DNA of 64,000 nucleotides from Torpedo marmorata (GCA_977017645.1 OZ360223.1:1922001-1986000); one strand, 5' to 3'; positions 36,867 to 50,009 are shown, counted from the first letter of the stretch. Numbers and translations are program-made. Notes: generated from the letters alone by a model not told the origin.

Positions 36867-39800
36867 TGTGGTAAACCACTGTAAATACATGTATATATGC
36901 TTATGGTCATCTGGACACGCCCCTTACTGACTGTACCTGCGGCTCCTCCCACAGACCCCTGAATAAAGGCTATTGTGCCACAGCTCCCTCCCCAGTCCAG
37001 CACAGACGACCACCAGGAATGTACATTCATTCCAATGTGAATAAGAGCCTATCAGTTCCTGCTTAATTTCTAGTCTTTGGAGTTATTGATGGTGCATCAA
37101 TTTTATTCACATTGTTTTCAATAATGGATCAGTACCTGAAACCGGAAAAGTTGGAGCTAGATCCTCGATCACCTGAGGCATCCAACTGTTTCGAACACTG
37201 GCTGCGTTGTTTTGAGGCATTCTTGAGGGCCTCCGCTGCTGTTGTCCAATCGGAAGACGACAGACTACAACTACTACATTCCCGGGTCGGGCCCCGGGTG
37301 TACTTGATGATCAGGGACGCTGAATCCTACCAGGAGGCTATGGACACGCTAAAAGGCCAGTACCTGAAGAAGGTAAACCAAGTCTACACAAGACATCTCC
37401 TAGCTACCCGAAAACAGCGACCTGGGGAATCGAGTGATGAATACCTACTTGCCCTGCGAACCCTCGGTTGGGCCTGCAACTGCAAAGCCGTTACGGCCGC
37501 AACGTACACTGAGGACCTCATAAGGGATGCCTATGTTGCCGGTATCCGATCTATCTACATAAGGCAGAAACTTTTGGAACAAGGTGAGCTCGATTTGCGG
37601 AAGGCTGTACACCTAGCGGACACATTAGAAGTGGCCCTCCAAACCATGGACGCGTACTCGGCCAATAGCACAACCACACCGTGGTTGCAGCGGGCGCCGC
37701 CGTCTTGGGACGTGGGAGGGTCACAAGCCTGTGGAACACCGCCATGTTCCGTTATCAACTCGACCACGGCTGCTGTGACCCGCAGCCAGCCGAAGTGCTA
37801 CTTCTGCGGATCGGATAAGCACCCATGGAAACGCTGCACGGCGAAAGACGCGGTCTGCGCTAACTGCAGGAAGAAAGGACACTAGGCGAATGTCTGTAAA
37901 TCCCAACCGCCCGCTAGACCCAGCAGCGCCGCGTGTGAGCAGAGGGCGCCGCCATCTTGGATGATGTCATCTTCCCAACCCAGCAGTGCCACGTGCGAGC
38001 CATGGGGGCCACCATCTTGGACGACGCCATCTTCCCCACCCAGCAGCGCCGCGTGCGAACCATGGGGGCCGCCATCTTGGACGACGCCATCTTCCCGACC
38101 CAGCAGCGCCGCGTGCGAATCCGACAGCGACTCCGTACTGGCCTCCATCACTCTTGATCAAGGGAGTCCCCATCAACTGGCCAGATCGATGATGGACATT
38201 GAGGTGGATGGCCACAGGACGAGCTGCCTTTTCGACAGTGGGAGCACGGAGAGATTTATTCACCCCGACATGGTACAGCGTTACCGACTCGCGGTAACGC
38301 CAGTACGCCACAATGTCTCCATGGCTTCCAAGTCCCACACAGCAGAGATCCGCGGGTACTGTGTTGTGACCCTGACTGTACTGGGCATAGAATATAAACA
38401 CTTTAAGTTATTAGTCATGACACAGCTCTGCGCGGATGTGCTGCTGGGGCTAGACTTCCAATGTCAACTTAAAAGCGTGACATTGGAGTACGATGAGCCC
38501 CACTCCCCTCTTACCGTCTATAATCCGCAGTTTGTGAACCGCCCATTGCAAGTCACCCACAGAAGCTCCCTGGGTCCCCCTCCCATTGCGTCCAACCAGC
38601 GACTCGCCGACCGCGCACGACCTGCGGCCATTCTACCCTCCGGATCACCTCCCCACCATTGTTCGCTAGTCGTACACCCGACTGCAAACCCGTGGCCACC
38701 AAAAGTAGGCGATACAGTGCCGGGGACAGGGCCTTTATCAGGTCGGAGGTGCAGCGGCTTTTGAAGGAGGGGATCATCGAAGCCAGCACCAGCCCCTGGA
38801 GAGCCCAAGTGGTGGTGGTAAAGAATGGGGAGAAGAACAGGATGGTCATCGATTATAGTCAGACCATCAACCGATATACGCAGCTGGACACGTACCCACT
38901 CCCCCGCATAGCCGACATGGTGAACCAGATCGCCCAATACCGGGTATTCTCCACCATCGACTTAAAGTCGGCATACCACCAACTCTTCATCCGACCGGAG
39001 GACCGCCAATACACTGCCTTCAAGGCAGATGGACGCCTCTATCATTTCCTGAGGGTTCCCTTTGGTGTCACCAACAGGGTCTCGGTCTTCCAGTGGGAGA
39101 TGGACCGCATGGTCGACCAGGACGGGCTGCAGGCCACATTCCCATATCTGGATAATATCATCATTTGCGGCCATGACCTACAGGATCATGAAGCCAACCT
39201 CCAAAAATTCCTTCACACCGCCAAGCTCCTCAACCTTACTTATAATAGGGATAAATGCATCTTTGGCACAACACGCCTGGCCATCCTTGGCAGTGTCATA
39301 CAAGATGGAGTGATTGGTCCAGATCCAGACTGCATGCACCCCCTGTTGGAACTCCCACTTCCCCACAGCCTCAAATCCCTGAAAAGGTGCCTGGGCTTCT
39401 TTTCCTATTATGCCCAGTGGGTCCCCAATTATGCGGACAAGGCCCGCCCCTTCGTCAAATCCACCTCTTTTCCCCTAATGTCAGAGGCCCGTGCAGCCTT
39501 CAGCCGCATCAAGGCGGACATCGCCAAGGCCGTGATGCACGCTGTGAACGAATCCACCCCGTTCCAGGTGGAGAGCGATGCGTCCGACTTCGCCCTGGCC
39601 ACCACCCTCAACCAAGCGGGCAGACCCGTAGCTTTCTTTTCCCGCACCCTCCAGGGCCCAGAAATCCAACACTCCTCTGTCGAGAAGGAGGCCCAAGCCA
39701 TTGTCGAGGCGGTGCGGCACTGGAGGCACTACCTCGCCGGCAAACGATTTACCTTGCTAACTGACCAACGTTCAGTTGCTTTTATGTTTAACAACCAACA

Positions 39801-41346
39801 GCGAGGCAAAATAAAAAATGACAAGATACTGAGGTGGAGAATCGAACTTTCCACCTACAATTACGATATCTTGTACCGGCCCGGAAAATTCAATGAGTCC
39901 CCAGATGCCCTATCCCGCGGAACATGTGCTAGCGCACAAATAGACCGCCTACAAGCCCTCCACAGTGACCTCTGCCACCCCGGGGTCACCAGGTTCTTCC
40001 ATTTCATAAAAGCCCGCAACCTACCTTACTCCATCGAGGAGGTCAGGACCATGACCAGGAACTGCCAGATCTGTGCAGAGTGCAAACCGCACTTCTACCG
40101 ACCAGACAGAGCGCACCTGATAAAAGTCACCCGCCCCTTTGAACGCCTGAGCGTTGACTTCAAGGGACCCCTCCCCTCCTCTGACCGCAACGTGTACTTC
40201 TTCAACATTATTGACGAGTACTCACGTTTCCAGTTCGCCATCCCCTGCCCGGACACGACCACAGCCACAGTCATCAAGGTCCTACGCAACCTTTTCACCC
40301 TCTTCGGATACCCCTGCTATATCCATAGCGACCAGGGGGTCCTCTTTTATGAGTGATGAGCTGCGTCAGTACCTGCTGGCCAGAGGTATCGCGACGAGTA
40401 GGACCACCAGTTATAATCCCTGAGGGAACGGGCAGTTGGAGAGGGAGAACGCCACCGTTTGGAAGGCCACCCTCCTAGCCCTAAGGTCGAGAGGTCTTCC
40501 AGTCTCCCACTGGCAAGAGGTACTCCCCGAGGCACTCCATTCAATCAGATCACTCTTGTGCACAGCCACCAATGCCACTCCACATGAGAGAATGTTTTCC
40601 TTCCCTAAGAAGTCCGCTTCAAGGATCACGCTGCCATCCTGGCTGATGTCCCCAGGACCGGTCCTACTCCAGAGGCACGCGAGGAGCCAAAAGCAGGACT
40701 CACTGGTCGAAAGGGTCCATCTCCTCCACGCCAACCCCCAATACGCCTACGTGACGTATCCTGATGGGCGGGAGGACATGGTCTCCGTTCGGGACCTGGC
40801 ACCTTCAGGAGTCCCTGATACCACTGATGACCGCCCTGCCCCCTCCCCACCCACCGCCACCCACGATGCACCCTTACCACGGCAAGTGACACCAGCTCCG
40901 GGGGATGGCTTGCCAGATACTTCGCCGCCACGCATCCACCAAGACAGAGCCGACAACAACACACAGGTGGTACAATCAGGACTGGATGCAACAGCTGCGC
41001 CGTAGCCGGTACTACGACGGTCGCAGCGGCAGACCGGACCACCTGAAAGACTGAACCTGTGATAACTTTAATTCACTTCACCCCACAAGACTTTTTTTAA
41101 AAGGAGGGGTGAATGTTGTAAACCACTGTAAATACATGTATATATGTTTATGGTCGTCTGGACACGCCCCTTACTGGCTGTACCTGTGGCTCCTCCCACA
41201 GACCCCTGAATAAAGGCTATTGTGCCACAGCTCCCTCCCCAGTCCAGCACAGACGACCACCAGGAATGTGCATCCATTCCAATGTAAATAAAAGCCTATC
41301 AGTTCCCTCATAACTTCTAGTATTTGGAGTTATTGATGGTGCATCA
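36867..41346 (+). mobile_element. Full-length Ty3/Gypsy element C (same lineage as element A)
   Basis: 233-bp LTRs at 36867-37099 and 41114-41346 (about 14 mismatches by eye), TSD gactg/gacag, PPT 41101-41113. Gag starts at 37124, followed by protease LFDSGS, RT, RNase H and integrase with a few stops and frameshifts. Confidence 0.97.
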
Positions 41347-41499
41347 GACAGCCATTAAAAAATGATGTGTGGAGTTTTGTACAATCGATACTTCATCCAT
41401 TTGGTACCCACATTAGAATGCAACCACATCAGAGGATCTTTACTAACGTGAACTAATGAGACTTCAAGATGCTAGAAATGCTGTCTCTTTCAAGAAGAC

Positions 41500-43065
41500 A
41501 ATAATCAGAATCAGAATTTATTGTCATGAACAAGTCACGAAATTCGGTGTTTTGCGGCAGCATCATAGTGCAAACATTCATATTATAACCATCTTACAAC
41601 ATTACTATAAAAAAAATTTAAATAATAGTGCACGAAAAGTTCATTGATTATTCAGGAATCTGATGGCAGTGGGGAAGAAGCTGTTCTTGTGCCGTTGAGT
41701 GCTCGTCTTTAGGCTCCTGTACCTTTTTCCCGATGGTAGCAGAGTGAAGAGGGCATGGCCTGGGTGGTGGGGGTCCTTGAGGATAGAGGCTGCTTTTTTA
41801 AGACACCGCCTCATGTAGATGTCCTCGATGGAGTGATGTTTGGTGTCTGTGATGTCACAGGCCGAGTTAACAACCCTCTGGAGTTTATTTTTGTCCTGAG
41901 AGTTGGCGCCTCCATACCAGGCAGTGATGCAACCTGCCAGAATGCTCTCCACGGTACAACTGTAGAAGTTTACGAGAGTCTTTGGTGACATACCGAATCT
42001 CCGCAGACACCTCATAAAGTATAGCTGCTGACGAGCCTTCTTTGTGATTGCATCAACGTGGATGCTCCAGGACAGATCCTCGGAGATGTTGACACCCAGG
42101 AATTTGAAGTTCTTGACCCTCTCCATGACTGAGCCCTCGATGAGGACTGGGTCGTGTTCCCCTCACTTCCTCCTGAAGTCCACAATCATCTCCTTGGTTT
42201 TGCTGACGTTGAGCTCAAGGTTGTTGTCGTTACACCATTCAATGAGCTGATCTATCTCCCTCCTGTACACTTCATCATTGCCGTTTGTGATTCTGCCGAC
42301 AACTATGGTGTCATCAGTAAACTTGTAGATGGCATTGGAATTGTGCCTGGCCACACAGTCATGGGTGTATAACGAGTAGAGCAGTGGACTAAGCACGCAT
42401 CTGGGGTGCGCCTGTGTTGATAATCAGTGAGGAGGAGATATTGTTTCCAATTCGTACTGACTGTGGTCTTCCGATGAGAAAGTCAAGGATCCAGTTGCAG
42501 AATGGGGTACAGAGGCCTAGAGTTTGTAGCTTCTTGACCAGCACTGAGGGAGTAATGGTATTGAAGGCCGAGCTGTAGTCGATGAAGAACAGCTGTATGT
42601 ATGATTGCTGTTTTCGAGGTGATCCAGAGCTGTGTAGAGAGCCAGCGATATTGCATCTGCTGTGGAGCGATTGTGACGATAGGCAAATTGCAGTGGGTCC
42701 AGATCTTTGCTTAGGTATGTGTTAATTCTGGCCATGACCAGCCTCTCAAAGCATTTCATCACAGTAGAAGTTAGTGCTACTGGGCGGTAGTCGTTGAGGC
42801 AGCCCAGACTACTCTTCTTGGGTACCGGGATGATTGATGCCCTTTTGAAGCAGGTGGGAACCTCTGACTGCCGCAATGAGAGGTTGAAAATGTCTGTGAA
42901 CACTCCGGCTAGTTGGTTGGTGCAGATTTTCAATACCCTGCCAGGTACGCCGTCAAGGCCTGACGCCTTGCGAGGGTTCACCCTCTTGAATGATGTTCTG
43001 ACGTCGCCCTCAGAGACAGATATCACAGGGTCCTCAGCCTTTTCAGGGATTCTAGTAGGCACTGT
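41500..43065 (-). mobile_element. Rex1/Babar-type LINE, 5'-truncated
   Basis: [45 protein letters not shown] and a (TCTGAT)n tail. Confidence 0.9.
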
Positions 43066-43424
43066 GTAAACACCTGAAATTGCTGTTCATTCTCGAGAGA
43101 AGTAGAGACCAAAGCTTCTAAAATGCTGTGAGTTTCCATTAGAAAACCTCCCACATGTACTGGTTGCCAACAGAGCAAATATTGAGCAAACTTCCATTTT
43201 TCTCACGGGTGCCTCTGGCTACAGTGCAATTTAGTTGAAAGAGTTATAAATTAAAACAGGGCATAGTGGAAATACTCAGCATGTCTGTCAGCATCTATGG
43301 GGAGAGAAAGATTCAAGTAACAGATTGAATACACTTTTGCAGATCGTTCCCTTTATTGTTTCAAGACCGTACAAAATAAATCTGTTGGCATAAAGTGACC
43401 TAATGATTCTGGTTTTTTTTGCAG

Positions 43425-43469
43425 ACTGTACCTTGAAAGACTTTCTGGAGAACATTGAATGGTGCAATG
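43425..43469 (+). CDS. IL17RC: IL17RC-like 45-nt exon (DCTLKDFLENIEWCN)
   Basis: T-tract-GCAG/GTGAG boundaries, phase 1/1. Same length and Cys spacing as DCRGLEVWNSIPSCW. Confidence 0.85.
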
Positions 43470-44730
43470 GTGAGGATATATCGAGTTATCAGTGACATGA
43501 AAGTGATAAAGGAAATTACATTGGAAATTAGACAATTTAATTTTGTAAATTATAACGTCATTTCTTAAGCTATATGGACACACATAAAAAGTGAACAAAA
43601 AATGCAAAATAAAGAATAATATATCCTCATACTTAATCCCTTCTGGGAACTACTCAAGGCTGTAAAGACAATAGCTTCAGTTCTATTATAGCTTTAACGT
43701 ATAAAACGACAGAATTCACAAAATTTTATTGGACAAAATCGAATACATTTGGATATAAAAAATCTAAAATAAAATAAGAAAATTGATATTTTGGACAGTT
43801 TCAGTGAAGAGAGAGAAACAGAATGTTTCAAGTCAATAATGTCTTCAATTTGAATCATTAACTGTGTCACTCTCCATAGAAGCTGCTGACCTCCAGAGAT
43901 TTTCCTGCAATTTTTGCTTTTATTTCAGACTTCTGACATCCAGGATGCTTTTGCAAAGAGCTATTAAGGTGATCAAAGTTTGGGAAAGGTGATGTGATAA
44001 GAAAGTGTACCTTAAGGAGCCAAGGAGTGAGCACTGAGAGAGTTTAGGAGAAAAAGATCCAGGTTGTTGGGAAATTAAGGCATGAGCACTGGGGGAACGA
44101 CATTGGAAATCAGTGATGGATGTTGCCAGAATTGGAGGATGTCACCTCAACAGAGAAATGGAATTAATGTGGATTTTAATGCATGAAAGTGTCTAAGGTG
44201 TATACCATCATCTATCGTTTTATCCCTTTAAAACCTTTCATATGATGGATGGATGTATGTATTGAAATAGAACAGGAAAGTTAGTTGCTGATATTGGATG
44301 GAATATTGGAATCTCTTTCTGCTAATCATTTATTTAATTGATTCCTGCTTAAAGTGATCTTAAATGATGGCACAGTTGGGGAAGGCATTGAAGCTGCAAC
44401 TATGTTACACTGTGTTACAATTATTGAAGGGAGGTTTACACCAATTGGGCAAATACATAATTTAGCTTTTCCAGTTTGGAGAGGAAGGAACATAAGAAGT
44501 TGGAGCAGGAGTATGCCATCTGGCATAATATAGAAAGCATCCTGGTCTCTAATCCGTTTCATATTGCTTAGCCCATGAACAACATAAGCAAAGGTTTGTG
44601 TCACCAACTTTCCCTGCTTATAGTAAGATGTAAATAAAAATTACAGGAATCCAGATATCGTGTAAATTTAAATCATTAATAGCGCAGATGGGATTTTCTC
44701 ATCCCAAACTTCTCATTGTTTGCATTACAG

Positions 44731-44867
44731 TCCCAAAATTAAATATCACATTGGAAAAAGAGGTACAAATGGCTGCTGTTAATGTACCACAGAATTACTA
44801 CACAAGGTTCAAGTATGAAGTGATGCCCTCCTTTGAGAGCAAAAATCCATTGGATTTTGACAAATTG
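44731..44867 (+). CDS. IL17RC: IL17RC-like exon (VPKLNITLEKEVQMAAVNVPQNYYTRFKYEVMPSFESKNPLDFDKL)
   Basis: TTACAG/GTAAGT boundaries, phase 1/0. Begins like LPWLNVS. Confidence 0.85.
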
Positions 44868-45164
44868 GTAAGTAGCATTAGGTAAACCTCTAAATGTTAA
44901 TCTTCCATCAGATTCCATGCTAGTTTTGTATAGAATTGATAGATAGCCCCTCATTCTCCATGAAGCATTTCCTCTCAATGGTGGCTTTTCAAACAAAGAT
45001 GACGAAACAAGGTAAGTTTGATCTGAACAGCATCTAATGTTGCTCCTGGTTGTCTCTATTCAAAGTATACTTCCAGGTTTAATCTCAGGGCAGCCATGAT
45101 GGCAATAAAGAAATCAATGTGCCAAGATGCTTCACAACTCTGAGGAGTTTTAAATTGCTTATTA

Positions 45165-45860
45165 TGTGATAGACGGCCCGCGCTGTAACAACAGAACACA
45201 CACAACAGAACCATGGAGCATACAACCAAGTTTATTATATTACGCTAGCGGGAGTAAGGGATGCAAAGAGGGGTAGACGGTGCACTGAACCTCACTCAAA
45301 GTACACAGTATTTTGGTACACCTGATATGGTTCTTTTTGGCGGTACATTTTTCACAAGTTGTTAAACAGGTTGTTTTGAAGTTGATTGATCCTGTTTCTT
45401 ATTAGCATCTGTCTTTGTGGTTTTCTTAGGAATGTAAATTACTGACATCAAACAGTTAATCACGTTATCAGTTAATCCCGTTTAAGTCTCGAGGGTTTGT
45501 TTCTAATATATATCAAACACCTTTGTTTCTGTGTAGCTTTGGTTTCGATCTAATTATCCAATGCTAATTATTTATCTGCAGCGTCAATCAAATCTTTAAC
45601 ACACACAAAGCAAAGGACGTTTCTCTTAGCGTTTGACATTCCTGTGTGATATTTATGCATTCGTTTATATGAATGGTAATTGTCTATCTGTAAGGCTACA
45701 GATCTCATCAGTTTGCATAAGGCAGTGGCTTCCTTTCCATTTATATGAATGGTAATTGTCTATCTGTAAGGCTAACAAATCTTGTATCAGACAACATAAA
45801 GTAGTGGCTCCTTTCCTTAATGTTTGTCGTTTCTGTGTGACTTTTATAAATTCTTTTACA
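45165..45860 (-). mobile_element. Solo LTR (ERV- or Gypsy-like, 696 bp)
   Basis: TG...CA termini, 4-bp TSD ATTA, AATAAA on the minus strand near 45231, and an internal direct repeat ttatatgaatggtaattgtctatctgtaaggcta. Confidence 0.7.
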
Positions 45861-46550
45861 ATTATCTATTAAACTAATTCATCTGTTCTGTTTGCAAGTT
45901 TGAGATATGGGGTTTGACAGTCAGCGTTGAATTTTAAAAGTTTCAGGCTAAACTTTTAAGATCTTTCCAACATTTCACTTAAGATAACTGACACTGCAGT
46001 TAAAGGCCTGCTTTTTGCTCTGATTTTATTAGTTTTCAATGGGTAATAGTATTTCATTTTCAAAGCAACCCAAGCTTTCAACGTGATTGTACATATAAAT
46101 TACAAGCAATTGTGACCTACAATCAGTTTATAGTTCAGAAGTCCAAAGTTCTAATTATAGGCCCACCCTATAGTGAAACCATGAGATTTAGTTACTTAGA
46201 TAATCAACTAGGGGGAAAAAAACATTGCAACAAGATTTTTATACCTTTGGGAAGCAAATTTGAGTGAGGAATATCTGGTGGCCATACGAGCTGAGGACCT
46301 GAAATTGAAAAATGATTGCTACAGAATTTCATTGAGGATGAAATTAGTTTTGGGCATTCCCACAAAACTGGAGAGCAAATCGGATGTCCATTTTATATTT
46401 GGTATTTCAACTGGAAAAGGAAAACATGTAGATTTTAAATGATAATCAAGGAATCATTCCTCATTGAGTTTGTTGCTTTTTGCAAATGATGAAATGTTTT
46501 TTTTTAATATAACTACATTATGTAATCGTTCTTTCTTCCTTTTTTACTAG

Positions 46551-46607
46551 AAAATGACCAAAGTGTATCGCAACTTCTCAGACATTGTCCCGTGTTTGTG
46601 TATAGAG
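46551..46607 (+). CDS. IL17RC: IL17RC-like exon (KMTKVYRNFSDIVPCLCIE)
   Basis: TAG/GTATGT boundaries, phase 0/0. Carries the PCLCI motif of the IL17RC/RE family. Confidence 0.93.
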
Positions 46608-46619
46608 GTATGTGTCAAC

Positions 46620-47137
46620 TGTAAGAGCCATAGGCTTGATTACTTACCTTCATCGCGGCGTTCCGATGTATCCAGCGGGTTACGGAGGAGTTACAGAGAT
46701 TAGTAGGCGATGCGAGGCCTATTGAGTACTCTGCGCATGCACGGGAGTGCCGACTGGAGCATGCGCAGTGGGGAAGTGGGTGGAGCATGCGCGGTGGAGT
46801 ATGCGTGTTAATCAGGGAAGAAGTATTATAAGAATATGGCAACCTAGAGGAGGGTGAGTGAGATCGCCATAGCTTTCATTGCCCATTTAAAGGAATTTAT
46901 AAAGAATTATTTTAAAAGAAGTTTAAAGACATTTTAAAGAATCGTTATTAAACATCGTTATCAAGAATTGTTTATATTTTGTTAAAAGAAGATATTTAAG
47001 TCATTGAAGATTGCTACAAGTCATCATGTGTAAATAAAGTTTTGAATCTATTGGACTTGTTAATAAATTAATTGAAATGCGTCAAGAACAGATATCTCAC
47101 CTAGCCTCCAAGTGACTATTGGATTGAAGTCACTATA
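46620..47137 (+). mobile_element. Solo LTR related to the BEL element LTRs
   Basis: Similar to 56437-56977, with a 5-bp TSD TCAAC. Confidence 0.9.
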
Positions 47138-47367
47138 TCAACCATATGGATCTACTTAATTGTTTACGACATGGATTATGAAGTTCCTATTAAATATAAT
47201 TTCCTGGGTGTCAGCATCACTTGCTAGACCTGCATTTATTTCCCATTCCTAATTGTCCTTGAGAATGTGTTGGTGAGCCACCTTCTTGAACTGATGGGGT
47301 CCTTCTGGTATGTGACAACTGTGGTTCATTATTGAATTTGCTTACATATTCCCCTTGGTTTTAACAG

Positions 47368-47425
47368 TTGTGGTCTGCAACAATAGAAGATGCCAGAAGA
47401 CGTAAAGAGTGCCCCTTCTCAGAGA
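47368..47425 (+). CDS. IL17RC: IL17RC-like exon (LWSATIEDARRRKECPFSE)
   Basis: CAG/GTGAGT boundaries, phase 0/1. W...D..R...CPF motif. Confidence 0.92.
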
Positions 47426-48616
47426 GTGAGTTTAATCAAGTCACTTTGTCTTTTTGTGTCTTCAAGTCATTGCAACATTATAAGATCTATATTTCCAACA
47501 CTATTGCTCCTATTGCAATTTGTTATAATGTAAATAATCCAAAATATTAGTTAAGTGAAACAGAAGGACAGGATGTTTATAACTTTTTCAGCAACCAAAA
47601 AGCATTAATTCCATTAACAACCCCAATTCTCTGATTTGCTCTTCACAGTGAGCAGCACAGAATGAGATGACTGGAACAGCCCAATGACATCATCTCTCTA
47701 AAATTAAGATTCATAGATTAGATTCATTACTGGGGGCCACAGGTTGGATGGTAGTGGTTTGGTTGCCTATTATACATCCTTTCTATCAGTGGAAGTACCT
47801 CTAAGTCTCACTGTATACCTAACCAAGGCTGTTATTTCTCCAGCTTCCTGCATTCAGTGCATACCTGTGAAGGAATTGTGACACAGTAGTCAGTAATATC
47901 AGTTCAGTGACAGGTATCACTAAAAAACTGATCTCGGGCTGGGAATATCACTATTTCCTTGTCAGCTTGGAATTTTGTCCTTGTCAGCCTGGAATTTCAG
48001 CCCCACTGTTGAAGCAATGTTGTCTATCCAATTTCACTACCCAGTCCATTTTACCGTGGCGAATCTGTGCAAGAATGGGGGAGCTATTCCAGTTTCCCAA
48101 CAAATCATTCTCTCTCTCATCATCTCTCAATAAAATGAAGTTATTTGGCCATTATCACGTTGCTCTTTGTTGGAACTTCTTGTTTTCAGAGTGACATCAT
48201 TGAATCTGACCCCTTCCACCCCCCTCACTCTTTTGTTCGGACGCCTGCCGGCATTTTCTCATACTTTGATGAAGGGCTCAAGCCCGAAACGTCGGTTATG
48301 TATTTCTATCTTTGCTACATAAAGGACACTGTTTGACCTGCTGAGTTCTCCAGCATTTTCTGTTTTTATTATAACCATGACTGTACTTTACAACACACAT
48401 TCCATGGCCTGTGAAGCAGTTAAGGTGTCCCAAGGCAAAGGACACTACCTTACTGTAAATGCACCTTTTTTTGTTCAAGCACTGCCAGTTGATATCTTTT
48501 AGAGTTGCTTTTAATGTCTGAAAATACCGTATGTTTTTTTTTTGCTTTAATTAACATTATCAGATGATGGATGCAAAGCTTATTTGTCTTTTGCTAACTT
48601 TGTTAAATTCTTCTAG

Positions 48617-48801
48617 TTGAAGAATTTCAGGAAAACGTTTGGAGACTGAGCAGCTTGGCCGTGGAATACAGGGGCAAAGCACTTCAATGGACACTTGCAT
48701 CCCCATGCAATATGTCTGGGGAGATCTTGCTATGTTCCAAATCAGGAGACGATGAATTTTGTCAGGAGATCCCACACTCCAGACAAAATTTTCAAGTTAA
48801 T
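48617..48801 (+). CDS. IL17RC: IL17RC-like exon (IEEFQENVWRLSSLAVEYRGKALQWTLASPCNMSGEILLCSKSGDDEFCQEIPHSRQNFQVN)
   Basis: TAG/GTAAGT boundaries, phase 1/0. Matches HQNLWQAARL...WLLDAPCSLPAEAALCW...CQ. Confidence 0.92.
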
Positions 48802-48900
48802 GTAAGTCCTTTATTTCATCATTAAGTATTTTTTGGCAGTCCCTCAGGATTATGGATGACTTGCTTCCACTTTGGTTTTTATGGGCTTTGACGTTGTGTG

Positions 48901-49203
48901 ATCAGAATCAGAATTTATTGTCATGAACAAGTCATGAAATTCGGTGTTTTGCGGCAGAATCATAGTGCAATTAACATTCATATTATAACCATCTTACAAC
49001 ATTACTATAAAAATATATAAATAATAGTGCACGAAAAGTCAGTGTCTTTGGTTCATTGATTATTCAGGAATCTGATGGCAGCGGGGGAGAAGCTGTCCTT
49101 GTGCCGTTGAGTGCTCGCCTTTAGGCTCCTGTACCTTTTTCCCGATGGTAGCAGAGTGAAGAGGGCATGGCCTGGGTGGTGGGGGTCTTTGAGGATAGAG
49201 GCC
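48901..49203 (-). mobile_element. Rex1/Babar LINE 3' fragment
   Basis: Near-identical to 41503-41790. Confidence 0.88.
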
Positions 49204-50009
49204 AATTAAGAAATGACAGACTCTGTTCATATCAGTTATTCCTCTTGTATATCTTCCCGTTTAGAAGCGTGCTCAGGAATGAACAAGTGACACAATTTAG
49301 TCCCATCCTCGGGCAACTGGGAAAAATATACAATCAGAGAGTCAATAAACCATAGATAGGGTAGACCATGTCTGGTGGGGTTACGGGTGGGGAGTTGTGA
49401 GGTGGTGCACTCATTCTGCTTCAGGCAGGACTTCACTTTATTCCAAAGTATGGACCTGATATTTGTGTCATTTGTAAGTGCACCCTAAATACTTCTTTAC
49501 AGTTTGAAATGGAGCTTGTAGCTAGTCAGTAGAAGTAAGGATCATTGAAGTGATTTTCCACAGGGTAAGTTAAATGAAAATCTGGGAGGTGAATCATCAA
49601 CACAAGATTCTCAAACCATTGCAAAATATTGATGAAATGTCCCACTCATAATGTTAACCCTTTGCCCTGCTGTGTACTCTTCCAGTTTTTCTCTTCGTGC
49701 CCAATTTCCTTTCATTGTAGTGTATATATTTTTTTGCTCACATGTACTGTTAATTGGGATTTGTTTTCTTTGTCCCTTCCTTCCCTGTCAGCTATTTTCC
49801 TGAGGAATTTTAATTTACATCACAGTTTTGAAAATGATTGCTCACAGCGGGGTATTGCAGATGTGTGTTTGACTGGTACTAGATTTTGATTTCTAGTAGT
49901 TGTTTAATTTCTTTATATATTCCACCCACAATGGCAAGGATAGAATTCAGAGACTTTCCCCAGTTGCCCTGAAAGCAATTAAACATACCTGAGTGCTCAC
50001 AAACGCCTG

